From NCBI GenBank assembly GCA_026388185.1, contig JAPLKG010000014.1, positions 276,319 to 340,318 on the forward strand: a stretch of DNA of 64,000 bases. The letters are read 5' to 3'. This document shows, piece after piece, positions 9,117-19,075 of this stretch. The first letter of the stretch is position 1. Each line of letters begins with the position of its first letter. The DNA is from Candidatus Eiseniibacteriota bacterium (GTDB lineage: Bacteria > Eisenbacteria > RBG-16-71-46 > JAFGJU01). Under the pieces are notes generated by a model. The model was not told the DNA's origin, searched no databases, and was given only the letters and a program-made list of their open reading frames with translations. A program made the position numbers and the translations under genes.

Positions 9117-11066
9117 TCAGTTGCGGTAGCGTTCCTGTGTGGGGAGGAAGGCGGCTTTGGTGACCACCTTGGAGAGCATTCTGGCGTGTGTTTCCTCGAG
9201 TCCTGCAATCTCTCTCTCGAGTTGTCTTGCCGACAACTTTTTCTTTCTATTCTGAATCGAGCGCAGAAGTTCGCGGAATTCCTTACCCGTTAGGGCCTCT
9301 CTCTTCACAAGAATGTCCTTCAATTTGAACAATTCATAATAGTGCGACGTGAGCACGTCGAGCGCTCGCTTTTCTGCTTCGAGCACCATGAAGTCGATCT
9401 GTCGTCTCAGAGCTTCTCTGTCGTGTTCTTTGTCGGGCAGCACGTAGCCGTTTCCGAACCCTATCTCCGTTACTGCGTAGTCCAGGAGATCCCTGAGCAC
9501 CTGAAGATCGCTCGAGGCGCCGTCGGTCTTTTCGTTCTCGGGGTACATCAGTTCCTCCGCAACCCGGCCGCCGATGAGCGTGGCGATTCCGTCGAGGAGC
9601 ATGTCCTTGCTCATCAGGTATCTGCCCTCTCTTTGATAGGGCCTCGTGTAACCGAGTTGCTCCCCCTTGCCCACGATTGATATCTTGGCCACCGGGCTTG
9701 CGTTGGGCAGAAACTGGGAGACCAACGCGTGACCCAGCTCGTGGACCGCGACTATTTCTTTTTCCTTGTCCGTCAACCTGTGAGTGCTTCCGGCTCCTTC
9801 AACGATTCTGTCGAACGCCTCCCGCATCTTGTCTCCGTCGATTCCGCAGCGACAGCGTGCGGCGACCGCGAGTATTGCCGCGTCGTTGAGAAGATTCTCT
9901 ATTTTTTCGGGCGTGAACCCCGCGGTGTCGCGCGCCCATCTGTCCAGATCAAGGGTTCTCTCGATGAGTTTTTTTCTTGGGTTTTGAGCGAGTACCTTTC
10001 TGCTCGTGGTAGTGTAGATTCGGAAAATTTCGAGTCTTGCCTTGAAATCCGGTTTGTCAATGGGCAAGACTCTGCCGAATCTCTCGTGTCTCAGAAGCGA
10101 GGGGTCCGGTGCCTCCGGGTTACTCGTGGCTCCTATGATCAGCACGTCGTCGGCGCCGGCGAAACCTTCGAACAGCGCGCGGAGGGCAAAGGTGGCGTAA
10201 TCCTGCCCCGCAGCAGGAGCGGGCAGTACTTCGTCCACCAAGATGACGAGAGGAGAGTTTTCCTTGAGCGCCGCAATCGCCTGTGCCATGCCTTCCGAGC
10301 CGAGCTCGCCGTACATTGCCACGAGATCCGTTGCATCTATCTTGAGCATGGGCACACCGGCTTCGCCGGCCATTGCGATTGCAAGGGAGGGCTTGCCGGC
10401 ACCGTGGGGTCCCTTGAGTAGCACACCCTTCGGCAGTCTCGCCCCGATTTCTCTGAATCTGGAAGGAGTCCTGAAGAATGCGACGAATCTCATCAGCTCC
10501 CTCTTTGCGTCAATGTTTCCTCCGACGTCCTTGAACCTGAGAGAGGGCCTGAACTTCTTGAGCGTGAACTTGGGGCTTGAGGTCTTTTGCTCGGACACCA
10601 CCCCGTCCCCGAGGGTTCTTTCCTGCCGCAGATCAGACTCGGGAACGTCGACTGAAACCGTCGTGGCTATTTCGTACGCTCTTTTCATGAATTCCGAGAA
10701 GAATTTCTTGGAGAAACTCGAGGCCATTTTCTTCATTTCTGGTTCGGCATGGAGCCCGAACGTACCCTTCTTCTGTCCGATCTGAAGCCGCGAGTACATT
10801 CTGCCCAGATACTCAGCCAGCGCCTTGACGGGATTGTGAAGCTGACTTAGGTCCATCATGTTTTGTGCGATCGATTCACCGATGAGTTTTTCCAGTTGCC
10901 GGCGCTGGATCTGCGGGAGGTCTTTCTGCCCCGGCTTGCTCTGAACAACAAGGGAAGCAAGAGACTTCGCCATTTTCCTGGCCTCATCTCTTGTCAGGCC
11001 GGTGCGTGACGCGCCGCTCTGTTTCTTGGTGGCGGATTTATTGAGAGCTCTCTTGTTGGCGTTCAT
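9117..11066 (-). CDS. FtsH-like AAA+/M41 protease paralogue without transmembrane segments and with a degenerate ATPase site
   Basis: F-x-DVGG, LPKGVLL-GPHGAGKP (Walker A T>P), ILVDE, HELGH, GGRVAEEL, GASSD; hydrophilic N-terminus. Confidence 0.85.
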   Translation of the reverse strand: MNANKRALNKSATKKQSGASRTGLTRDEARKMAKSLASLVVQSKPGQKDLPQIQRRQLEKLIGESIAQNMMDLSQLHNPVKALAEYLGRMYSRLQIGQKKGTFGLHAEPEMKKMASSFSKKFFSEFMKRAYEIATTVSVDVPESDLRQERTLGDGVVSEQKTSSPKFTLKKFRPSLRFKDVGGNIDAKRELMRFVAFFRTPSRFREIGARLPKGVLLKGPHGAGKPSLAIAMAGEAGVPMLKIDATDLVAMYGELGSEGMAQAIAALKENSPLVILVDEVLPAPAAGQDYATFALRALFEGFAGADDVLIIGATSNPEAPDPSLLRHERFGRVLPIDKPDFKARLEIFRIYTTTSRKVLAQNPRKKLIERTLDLDRWARDTAGFTPEKIENLLNDAAILAVAARCRCGIDGDKMREAFDRIVEGAGSTHRLTDKEKEIVAVHELGHALVSQFLPNASPVAKISIVGKGEQLGYTRPYQREGRYLMSKDMLLDGIATLIGGRVAEELMYPENEKTDGASSDLQVLRDLLDYAVTEIGFGNGYVLPDKEHDREALRRQIDFMVLEAEKRALDVLTSHYYELFKLKDILVKREALTGKEFRELLRSIQNRKKKLSARQLEREIAGLEETHARMLSKVVTKAAFLPTQERYRN

Positions 11067-11218
11067 TTCTATGCCGTCTCCTCCAACGCGCTCATGAAGC
11101 TTCCCGCGCTCAAATCGTTCGACCGGCTCGAGACCCTTGGTTCGCCCAACTATACTATCGGCATTTTCCGGGACGGAGTTCGCCGGTTACTTCTTCCTGC
11201 CGGTTGCTCTTTCACCAG

Positions 11219-11446
11219 CTATTTTTTCCTGACGTAGGCCTTGTAAACCTCCCCGTCCTCCTCGACGCCCAGAAACTCGTTCTTCGTGGCCCTGCACCAG
11301 GCCGGCATGTCTTCCTTTATTCCCTCGTCAGTTGATATTACTTCCAGTACTTGGCCCGGCTGCATTTCCTTGATTTTCTCGGCGGTTCTCACAATGGGCA
11401 TCGGACAGAGAAGACCGAACGCATCGAGTGTAAAGTCAGCCTTCAT
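11219..11446 (-). CDS. tusA: TusA-family sulfur carrier
   Basis: LDAFGLLCPMP motif, 75 aa. Confidence 0.9.
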   Translation of the reverse strand: MKADFTLDAFGLLCPMPIVRTAEKIKEMQPGQVLEVISTDEGIKEDMPAWCRATKNEFLGVEEDGEVYKAYVRKK

Positions 11447-11522
11447 GGTGCCTCCAACAATGCGAGGGAGCGACGTCGAAGCCGTCGTTCCCCTGCGGTC
11501 CCGGTAGAACGAACGTAGTGTC

Positions 11523-12065
11523 TCAAACGAATAGGTTGATTCCTGATTCAGACGCCTCCGAAAGGTAAGTTGCGACGCCGGCCACGCGATCCACTTGTTC
11601 GACTAACTGGTCCTTGCTGATTCCCATCAGCTCCATCGTGGTTGTGCACGCGATCAGTTTGACACCGCTTTGCTCGGCGAGCGAAATCATCTCCTGAACG
11701 CCAGGCATTCTATATTGCTTCATTAACTTTTTCATCATGAACGGGCCTATTCCGAGCATGTTCAGTTTGGAAAGAGGGAGCTTGCGGGCGTCTGGAGGAC
11801 TCATCATGGAGAGCATCCTTCTGATAAGACCTTTGGCCCTCGACGGGGTGTTCGGACGTTTAAGGATATGGATACCCCAGAACGTGAAGAACATCGAGAC
11901 TTCCATGCCCATTGATCCCGCTCCGATGGCGATATTGAAAGCAGCCATCGCTTTGTCCATGTCGCCGCTGAAAACGACAAGTGTGACTTTCATCGAACCG
12001 CCTCCTTGAGCCTGAACTTGCGAACCGTCTCGTTGGCCTACCTGCCCGTCACGCCCCTGGGTCAT
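11523..12065 (-). CDS. DsrE/DsrF/DrsH-like (DsrE2) sulfurtransferase-family protein
   Basis: FSGDMDKA, MFFTFWG, LSKLNMLGIG, IACTTTM, GVATYL motifs. Confidence 0.9.
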   Translation of the reverse strand: MTQGRDGQVGQRDGSQVQAQGGGSMKVTLVVFSGDMDKAMAAFNIAIGAGSMGMEVSMFFTFWGIHILKRPNTPSRAKGLIRRMLSMMSPPDARKLPLSKLNMLGIGPFMMKKLMKQYRMPGVQEMISLAEQSGVKLIACTTTMELMGISKDQLVEQVDRVAGVATYLSEASESGINLFV

Positions 12066-13242
12066 TGCCCCTTTTCTTCTTCATGTCGCTGTAAAGCGGA
12101 CTCATCTCACGAAGCCTCTCGACTATTGGAGGGAAGACCTTCAAGAAATGCTCTACGTCCTCCGCGGTGTTTTCCCTGCCGAGCGAGAAGAGGAGAGAGC
12201 CCTGAGCCACGTCGGGCGGTACTCCCATGGCCGTCAAGACGTGAGACGCCTTCAATGCCTTCGAGCTACACGTGGAACCGCTCGACGCGGCAATTCCCTC
12301 CATGTTGAGAAATAGAACCATGGATTCGCCCTCTATGTACTGGGCGCAGATGCTCAAATGCCCGGGTAAGCGCCTTTCGGGGTGACCGTTCACGCGGACG
12401 AACTGGATGCGTTCTTTGATTCCAGCCTCCATCGTGTCGCGTAGTTTCTTGCAACGTTCCGCCGCCGGCCCCATTTCCTGCTCCGCCACTTCCACTGCCT
12501 TTCCCAGCCCGACAATCGCAGGCACGTTCTCGGTGCCGGCTCTCTTGCCGTCCTCCTGAACCCCGCCGTCAATGAACGGCGCAATCCTTACACCTTGCCT
12601 CACGTAAAGGGCCCCGACCCCCTTGGGTCCGTAACACTGGTGGCCCGCAAGGCTGAGAAGGTCTACACCCAGTTTGTTGACATTGACGGGAATGTTGCCG
12701 AAGCTTGCCACGGCGTCGGTGTGAAAAACGATGCCCCTCTCCCTTGCGATCTTTGAGATTTCTTCCGTGGGTTGTATGGTGCCCACTTCGTGGTTGGCGT
12801 GCATGACGGATATGAGGACGGTGGACGGCATGACGGCTCTTGCGACATCGTCGGGATTCACCAGCCCGTGGCCGTCTGTGGGTACGTAAGTAACCTGGAA
12901 GCCTTGTTTCTCGAGTTTTTTACAGGAGTGCAGAACCGCGTGGTGCTCGATGCTGCTTGTGACTATGTGGTTTCCCTTCTTTTGAGCCGCCGCTACCAGC
13001 CCCTTGATTGCAAAGTTGTCGGCTTCCGTCCCCGTTGACGTAAAGACAATTTCGTCCGGCCGTGCGCCGATGAAATCGGCCACACGCTTTCTGGCAGCCT
13101 CCACGGCCGCTCGCGCCTCTTGCCCGAAATCGTGCACACTGGAAGGGTTCCCGAACGTTTCACCCAAGAATGGAAGCATCGCCTCAACCACTCGAGGGTC
13201 GGTCTTTGTCGTTGCCGCGTGATCAAAATAGATCCGTTTCAT
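12049..13242 (-). CDS. iscS: Cysteine desulfurase (IscS/NifS class I)
   Basis: YFDHAATT, GNPSS, HTDAV, RAGTEN, SSGSTCSS catalytic loop; the usual PLP-lysine motif reads GHQ (see findings). Confidence 0.9.
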   Translation of the reverse strand: MKRIYFDHAATTKTDPRVVEAMLPFLGETFGNPSSVHDFGQEARAAVEAARKRVADFIGARPDEIVFTSTGTEADNFAIKGLVAAAQKKGNHIVTSSIEHHAVLHSCKKLEKQGFQVTYVPTDGHGLVNPDDVARAVMPSTVLISVMHANHEVGTIQPTEEISKIARERGIVFHTDAVASFGNIPVNVNKLGVDLLSLAGHQCYGPKGVGALYVRQGVRIAPFIDGGVQEDGKRAGTENVPAIVGLGKAVEVAEQEMGPAAERCKKLRDTMEAGIKERIQFVRVNGHPERRLPGHLSICAQYIEGESMVLFLNMEGIAASSGSTCSSKALKASHVLTAMGVPPDVAQGSLLFSLGRENTAEDVEHFLKVFPPIVERLREMSPLYSDMKKKRGNDPGA

Positions 13243-13384
13243 CTACTCTCACCTCCGCCTGGTCTTCTTGTGATTCTTACGGAGTCTACCAAAAACCGTG
13301 GACGTGTCAAGCGAGGGCTTGCGATCCAGGCGCCGGAAGACGCCCGCGCCGGGGGAAAATGTCGGCGAGGCGTCAACAAAGTTC

Positions 13385-13430
13385 TTGACCGTTCCAGAAT
13401 TAGTGTTATGTTTTTGAGAAACGTATGCAC
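13385..13430 (+). promoter_or_regulatory. Sigma70-like promoter of the nik operon with an overlapping candidate NikR operator
   Basis: TTGACC-16-TATGTT with extended TG; imperfect 28-bp dyad GTGTTATGTTT...AAACGTATGCAC (13403-13430). Confidence 0.5.
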
Positions 13431-13465
13431 ACCGGCAACGGCGGCTCGCAATTGTGGGGTCAGCT

Positions 13466-13891
13466 ATGAAGAAACCGTCTCATCTCATCAGGTTTGGCGT
13501 CTCGCTCGAAAGGGAGCTTCTCGCGCGGCTCGACTCGTTCGTCAGAGACAATGAGTTTCCGACGAGATCGGAGGCAATACGTGCCCTGATAAGAGAGAGG
13601 CTCGTCAGAAAAGAGTGGTTGTGCGGTAGGCAGGTGGTGGGTGCGATAGTGCTTGTGTATGACCACGGAAGACGCGAGATTCTCAACAAGATTACCCACG
13701 TTCAGCATGAGTTTCACGACAATGTGATCTCGACGCAGCACGTGCATCTTGATCGCGACAACTGCCTTGAGGTAGTCGTCGTGAAGGGCAGACCCAGAGA
13801 CGTGGACAGTCTCTACAAGGGGCTACAGTCGATTAAAGGTATCAAGCACATCAGTCTGAATACGGGGACCACGGGTCGCGGAATTCCATGA
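13466..13891 (+). CDS. nikR: Nickel-responsive regulator NikR
   Basis: RFGVSL ribbon, RSEAIRALIR, QHEFH, HVHLDRDNCLE. Confidence 0.95.
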   Translation: MKKPSHLIRFGVSLERELLARLDSFVRDNEFPTRSEAIRALIRERLVRKEWLCGRQVVGAIVLVYDHGRREILNKITHVQHEFHDNVISTQHVHLDRDNCLEVVVVKGRPRDVDSLYKGLQSIKGIKHISLNTGTTGRGIP

Positions 13892-13986
13892 TTGTGCAGT
13901 GTAGGTCTCGCGCGAGCGGGGACGGCGGCTGATAGATAGCCGGTCATGCGCCGGCGAGGACGGTGGAATTCCCGGAGGACTTCTTC

Positions 13987-14631
13987 GTGCACATTCCAGA
14001 CGGTTTTCTTGAAGCGAAGGTGTGGGTGCCTGCTTGGGTGCTGGCGGCCGGGGCAATGGGACTCTGCTCCAGAAAGGCCGGCCGGGCTCTTGGCGACAAA
14101 AAGATTCCTGTCATGGGAGTCACGGCGGCGTTCATCTTTGCCGCGCAGATGCTCAATTTTCCGATAGCCGGGGGTACTTCCGGTCATCTTCTTGGCGGCG
14201 CAATAGCCGCAACACTATTAGGACCGTACGCAGGATTCATGGTCATCACGGTCGTGCTCACGGTTCAATGCCTCGTATTTCAGGATGGAGGTCTCACCAC
14301 GCTCGGCGCGAACATCATGAACATGGCATTTGTAGGTACCACGTGCGTCTACCCGATCATAAGGGTGAGTAGCTCCGTGATGCGCAGGAGAGCGGGAGTT
14401 GTTCTCGGGGCTTCGCTGGCAGCGTGGGTCTCTGTCGTGGCAGCTTCCTTTGGCTGCTCTCTTGAGCTTGCGCTGTCTGGAAGGGCTCCGATCGCCGTGG
14501 TCGTGCCTGCCATGGTGGGTGTCCATTCCGTGATAGGGATCGGAGAGGCCCTGATAACGGGATTCTTTGTCGGATTCCTGCTCAAGACAAGGCCCGATCT
14601 TGTGATGAGCGGGACAACGGCAAATCGCTAG
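13987..14631 (+). CDS. nikM: ECF Ni/Co transporter substrate-binding component (NikM/CbiM)
   Basis: GTG start after GGAGGA gives MHIPDGFL; GGTSGHLLG and DGGLTTLGAN motifs. Confidence 0.9.
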   Translation: MHIPDGFLEAKVWVPAWVLAAGAMGLCSRKAGRALGDKKIPVMGVTAAFIFAAQMLNFPIAGGTSGHLLGGAIAATLLGPYAGFMVITVVLTVQCLVFQDGGLTTLGANIMNMAFVGTTCVYPIIRVSSSVMRRRAGVVLGASLAAWVSVVAASFGCSLELALSGRAPIAVVVPAMVGVHSVIGIGEALITGFFVGFLLKTRPDLVMSGTTANR

Positions 14632-14651
14632 CGCGCTTCAGGGGGAGAGCG

Positions 14652-14954
14652 ATGTCGGAACGAAAGGTTCTAGTTTTGTCGTTCGTCGTTTCGCTGGTCC
14701 TTGCCGGTCTTGTGTCTCCTTACGCTTCACGGTTGCCCGACGGACTGGAGAGGATTGCCGGTGACCTGGGATTCATCGACAGAGAGCGCGCGCTCCTTCG
14801 CTCGCCCGCTCCCGATTACTCTTGGCAAGGTTTACTTCTTGGAAAACTACCCGCGTCTCTCGCCGGAATAGCGGGTGCAGCACTCGTGTTTGCGGCCGCC
14901 GCTCTACTCGGAAAGGTCCTGACCGCGGCGGAGTTGAAACACGAGACGCGTTGA
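14652..14954 (+). CDS. nikN: PDGLE-domain ECF accessory membrane protein (NikN-like)
   Basis: ASRLPDGLE...PDY, two TM helices. Confidence 0.85.
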   Translation: MSERKVLVLSFVVSLVLAGLVSPYASRLPDGLERIAGDLGFIDRERALLRSPAPDYSWQGLLLGKLPASLAGIAGAALVFAAAALLGKVLTAAELKHETR

Positions 14955-14984
14955 TCGCTAACAACGATTGTCAGCAAGAGACGT

Positions 14985-15761
14985 ATGGATCTTTTCGCGA
15001 TCGACAGATACTGCGGCTTGACGAGTCCGATCCACAGGCTGAATCCAGTCGTTACCCTGGTCTCATTCCTGACCTTTGTGGTTGTCGTAGTTCTTGTACC
15101 GGTGCGCGAATTCGCCCCGTTACTGGCGGCCCTGTTCAGCCTGTCGTGTATCGCGCTTGTTTCGAAAGTTCCTCTTCGCTTCATCCTCAGGAGGAGTCTT
15201 GCGATAGTTCCCTTTGCGATTGCAATCGGTGCATTCAATCTGCTCGGGAGGGGTGTGGACCTCATGATTCATCACTCCGCCTCGGGTTCTTCTGCCCTTG
15301 ATTCCGCCGGGGTTCCCGCGTTCCTGAACGTGGTGCTGAAGTCGTTTGTCTGCGTTCTGGGCATGACTATTCTCGTCAGCACGACGGGCAGTGCCAATCT
15401 ACTGAATGCCATGCGCAAGATAGGTGTCCCGGAAGGATTGACGGCGGGAACCTGTTTTCTCTCCAGGTACGCTTACGTTGTTGCGGACGAGCTATTCAGA
15501 ATGAAGAGATCGAGAGACTCTCGACGGGCGGGCAGCTTACCGTGGATTGCGGAATTGCGTTTCGTGGGCTCGCTGGTCGGCGTGCTGTTCATTCGGTCTT
15601 ACGAGCGAGCCGAGCGTGTCCACGTGGCCATGTGTTCACGCGGGTTCGATGGAACCGCCGTCGTTTCGACTCAATTCAGGACTTCGAGAAGAGACGTCTT
15701 GTTTCCTCTGTTTCTTCTAGGGCCCCTTCTACTGATACTTCTGATTTCGAATCTGATCTGA
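14985..15761 (+). CDS. nikQ: ECF transporter T component (NikQ/CbiQ)
   Basis: SPIHRLNP, RSYERAERVHVAMCSRGF. Confidence 0.9.
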   Translation: MDLFAIDRYCGLTSPIHRLNPVVTLVSFLTFVVVVVLVPVREFAPLLAALFSLSCIALVSKVPLRFILRRSLAIVPFAIAIGAFNLLGRGVDLMIHHSASGSSALDSAGVPAFLNVVLKSFVCVLGMTILVSTTGSANLLNAMRKIGVPEGLTAGTCFLSRYAYVVADELFRMKRSRDSRRAGSLPWIAELRFVGSLVGVLFIRSYERAERVHVAMCSRGFDGTAVVSTQFRTSRRDVLFPLFLLGPLLLILLISNLI

Positions 15762-15831
15762 CGGGCTGGTTTCGGAGTGATCACGCCGGCCACGGAGTTA
15801 GCACAAGGAATCAGCAGACGAGAGTCACATA

Positions 15832-16587
15832 ATGCGCCCCATCATACAAATATCCTCGCTCTCTTTCGCCTATCCTGACGGAACCAGCGCTCTCGACGGC
15901 GTTTCTCTTGACATATTCGAGGACGAGTGTCTGGGTCTTGTTGGGCCGAACGGCGCCGGGAAGACAACGCTCTTGCTTCACCTCAACGGCATTCTGTCTG
16001 GAAGCGGTAAAGTCACGATCGATGGTCTGGAGGTGTGTGACAAGAACTTGCGTGAAGTCAGGCAGAGAGTCGGAATTGTGTTCCAGGATCCCGACGATCA
16101 GCTTTTCAGTCCCACTGTTTTCGACGACGTGGCGTTCGGGCCGCTCACAATGAGGCTCGCCAATCCGGAGGTTCTTTCGCGCGTGAACTGGGCCTTGAAC
16201 GAAGCCGGCCTTGCCGGGCTCGAGAAGAAGGCGCCACATCATCTGAGCTTCGGCCAGAAGAAAAAGGCTTCGTTAGCTTCTGTTCTTTCCATGCGACCAA
16301 GAATCATTGCCCTCGACGAACCTACGAGCAATATGGACCCGCGCAGCAGGAGGAGGTTTCTCCAGCTCATAAAGGCGCTGAAGGCTACGAAGGTTCTCTC
16401 GACTCACGACATGGAGAGCGTGAGTGAATTGTGCAGTAGAGTCGTTGTGCTCGATTCCGGCAGGGTGGTCGCCGACGGGAACACGCAATCCGTTCTCTCG
16501 AATAGAGAACTCATGGAATCTCACGGCCTGGAAGTCCCGCGCAGCCTCTGGTGCCCGCCACGACATTCACCTGACGTGCCACACTAG
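15832..16587 (+). CDS. nikO: ECF transporter ATPase (NikO/CbiO)
   Basis: GPNGAGKT, FQDPDDQLF, LSFGQKK, LDEPT. Confidence 0.92.
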   Translation: MRPIIQISSLSFAYPDGTSALDGVSLDIFEDECLGLVGPNGAGKTTLLLHLNGILSGSGKVTIDGLEVCDKNLREVRQRVGIVFQDPDDQLFSPTVFDDVAFGPLTMRLANPEVLSRVNWALNEAGLAGLEKKAPHHLSFGQKKKASLASVLSMRPRIIALDEPTSNMDPRSRRRFLQLIKALKATKVLSTHDMESVSELCSRVVVLDSGRVVADGNTQSVLSNRELMESHGLEVPRSLWCPPRHSPDVPH

Positions 16588-18158
16588 TATTCAGGGCTCT
16601 CGAACGGGTCGTTGATGTACGGATGACGCCTAAAATTGGGAGGAATTTCCTTGCCCGTAGGATCCAGCGGGGGGGCTCCTCCTCGCCAGAATGCTTCTGC
16701 GCCCTCACGCAAAATTTTTCTGGGAGTGCCCATCCCGCTGTAGTTGAAGCAATTCCACAAGGCGACAGTCATGCCCAGGAATCGGCCGTCCTTGTCCGCA
16801 ACATACTTGCCGAAGTTGTTTGTCGCTTGAAGGTCGTTGTACGTGCAACCAACCACGCGGAAACCCTTTGAGAGCAAATAGTCAACCGTGGGGAAATCCG
16901 GCTTCCGCTGCTTGTAATGCGCGTCCACGAGGATTATGTCTTTTGGCAGAGAATCTATCAGGGCATACGTATTACCGAGGAGTCCGTTGCAGTTGTCTTG
17001 CCCCTGAAACTGGGTAGAGCTAAGCAGCATGCCTGCCCACATCATCGTCTGCACATTCTTCTGCTCGAGGTACGCGTGGATCTCTCGGATGTCGCTCAAG
17101 AATAGCTTGGCTGCCTTCTCCTTCGGCATGTTCGAGAACGCCCGAATCTCGTCGTGCCCGATATGCATGTATTTGGGCTCGAATATCTCCAAGATCTCGT
17201 CGATGATTCCGAAGAGTCTCGCGTACACCTTCGGATTGGACGGGTCGTACGTGTTCTTGTCCAAACACAGATCCGGATAGGCTGGACAGAGCAGGACGTC
17301 CTGGTGACTGAAGGTATCTATCAGGGGGATCACTTCGAACCCCGCCGCACGTGCGTATTCTACGAGGGCTCTGAGCGTGTCCCTTGCGAGAGCATCGGTT
17401 CTTCCCACTCCCGGGGCTGAATTGAATTTGATTGCGTCGTCCACCTGGACAATCATGGTGTTCATGTGCAGCATCTCTGCCATGTCGATGACCGCTCTTG
17501 CATCCCACACTTGCTCACGAAATCTGTAGCCGCGAAGCGGGAGCAAGAACGCTCGCATGCTTGCGGACGGGAAATCAACGATCTCGATCGGAGGAACTAC
17601 AGATGTTGCGGTGTAAGCGTCTATCGAAATAACCTGAAGCAGAGTCTGCGCGCCGCACTTGAGTCCTTGGATGCCATTTCCTATCAGACACGTCCTGCCG
17701 GGGCTCACCGAGAGAACGTAACTCTGCTCCGGAGAGCTACCGAAGTCCGCAGTCGAGAGTGACGGAACAAGACCTTTCAACGCTGCGTTACTAGCGAGGC
17801 CGACCACGATCGCGTTTTTCTCCGGGATCAGATCTGTCACCATCATTTCGGGGTTGACTCCGTGCAACTTGTAGAGGCCTTGCTTGAGCCAGGCTGCGAT
17901 GTTGCGCTCTTCCTGCGAGGAAGTGGTCGGGAGGATGATGACTGTCGTGGCGGTGAGCGTAAACGCCTCGCTAATCTTCCATTTCAGCTGGATAGGTTCC
18001 GGCACGGCGAGCGCCCGCATGGAACTCGAGGCGGGAAGCCACCTTTGGGCGAATCCGTTGCCGGCACACGCAGCCACGAGTATCGAAGTCAAGAGCACGA
18101 TCGCGGTTCCGGAAGCGACTCTGGTTCCAGTTTTCAAGGCCATCCTCCTCGTTGCCAT
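16584..18158 (-). CDS. Secreted GH20-family glycoside hydrolase (beta-N-acetylhexosaminidase-like)
   Basis: Signal peptide; GH20 N-domain (EQSYVL...QTLLQ...IVDFP); catalytic HIGHDE. Confidence 0.8.
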   Translation of the reverse strand: MATRRMALKTGTRVASGTAIVLLTSILVAACAGNGFAQRWLPASSSMRALAVPEPIQLKWKISEAFTLTATTVIILPTTSSQEERNIAAWLKQGLYKLHGVNPEMMVTDLIPEKNAIVVGLASNAALKGLVPSLSTADFGSSPEQSYVLSVSPGRTCLIGNGIQGLKCGAQTLLQVISIDAYTATSVVPPIEIVDFPSASMRAFLLPLRGYRFREQVWDARAVIDMAEMLHMNTMIVQVDDAIKFNSAPGVGRTDALARDTLRALVEYARAAGFEVIPLIDTFSHQDVLLCPAYPDLCLDKNTYDPSNPKVYARLFGIIDEILEIFEPKYMHIGHDEIRAFSNMPKEKAAKLFLSDIREIHAYLEQKNVQTMMWAGMLLSSTQFQGQDNCNGLLGNTYALIDSLPKDIILVDAHYKQRKPDFPTVDYLLSKGFRVVGCTYNDLQATNNFGKYVADKDGRFLGMTVALWNCFNYSGMGTPRKILREGAEAFWRGGAPPLDPTGKEIPPNFRRHPYINDPFESPEY

Positions 18159-18499
18159 GTCTTGATTGCGATGTCATCGTCGTCGAAGTGCCCGTGCGAT
18201 TGCCACGGCCTGGTCGGCCCGGCGTCCCCGCAACAAACGCGTTTGCCGGAGTGCATGTGGGACGATTTCATCAAAGAGTGTATAGGTGCTCCGATCGGAA
18301 GTCAATCAGCTCGTCACAGTAGAATGGGACGTCTCCTAACTGCGTCGACATGATTCGTCACCTCTGTTGACGCATGGCGCCTTTGCTGTTATCATGGCGC
18401 TTCACTTAGTGGAAACGCCGAGAAGAGCGGGTGGTGACACATAAACTTGACAGATTGTTTCAGATACGGGTCACGACCTGTCGAAAGGAGGGAGGACAA

Positions 18500-19027
18500 A
18501 TGCGTGTGCTCGTTATCGCTATTGTGGTTGCTTCTTTGACCAGTCTCGCTGCTGTGTGTTCGGCTCAGGACTATTCTGATTGGAGCGTAACCGGCAGTGG
18601 TGGGGACAAGAATTACAGCATAGGGTTTCAGCTCGGACTTCCCCTCGTGGCCGGAGTGGACATTTCCGGGCAGCTCAACCAGCGGTTCAGCGTGAGCCTG
18701 GGTTTTGGATTTGTGCCCGATCTCATTGCCCTGGGCGGCCAACTGCGAATGAACGTCCTTGAGCCCGGTCCAGACAAGATAGTTCCCATTGTCGGCGTCG
18801 GACTCAACCAGTACTGGCTCGAAGACGACGGAGAAAATACCGATGCCGTGGCGGCTCATCTTCTTGTCGGAGGCCAGCGCATGTTTGGTTCGAATTACGC
18901 TTTAGGTCTGCACCTGGGTTACATTGCAACCCTCAGCGAGAGCACTGCGTCTCATGTTAGCGTGTGGGGAGTGAACGACGACATGTCTAAGCTCTTCTTG
19001 GGAGTTGAGGGACGCTACTTCTTCTAA
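18500..19027 (+). CDS. Outer-membrane beta-barrel protein
   Basis: Signal peptide, amphipathic strands, terminal RYFF; strong RBS before ATG 18500. Confidence 0.75.
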   Translation: MRVLVIAIVVASLTSLAAVCSAQDYSDWSVTGSGGDKNYSIGFQLGLPLVAGVDISGQLNQRFSVSLGFGFVPDLIALGGQLRMNVLEPGPDKIVPIVGVGLNQYWLEDDGENTDAVAAHLLVGGQRMFGSNYALGLHLGYIATLSESTASHVSVWGVNDDMSKLFLGVEGRYFF

Positions 19028-19075
19028 TGGGAAACAGTGCGGTGACACTTTCTTGACAAACGAAAGGAGACGAAG

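Noticed and set aside
13240-13465. Cobalamin or NiCo riboswitch ahead of the ECF transporter
   Set aside because: No recognisable conserved boxes, little room after the promoter, and nikR explains the regulation.
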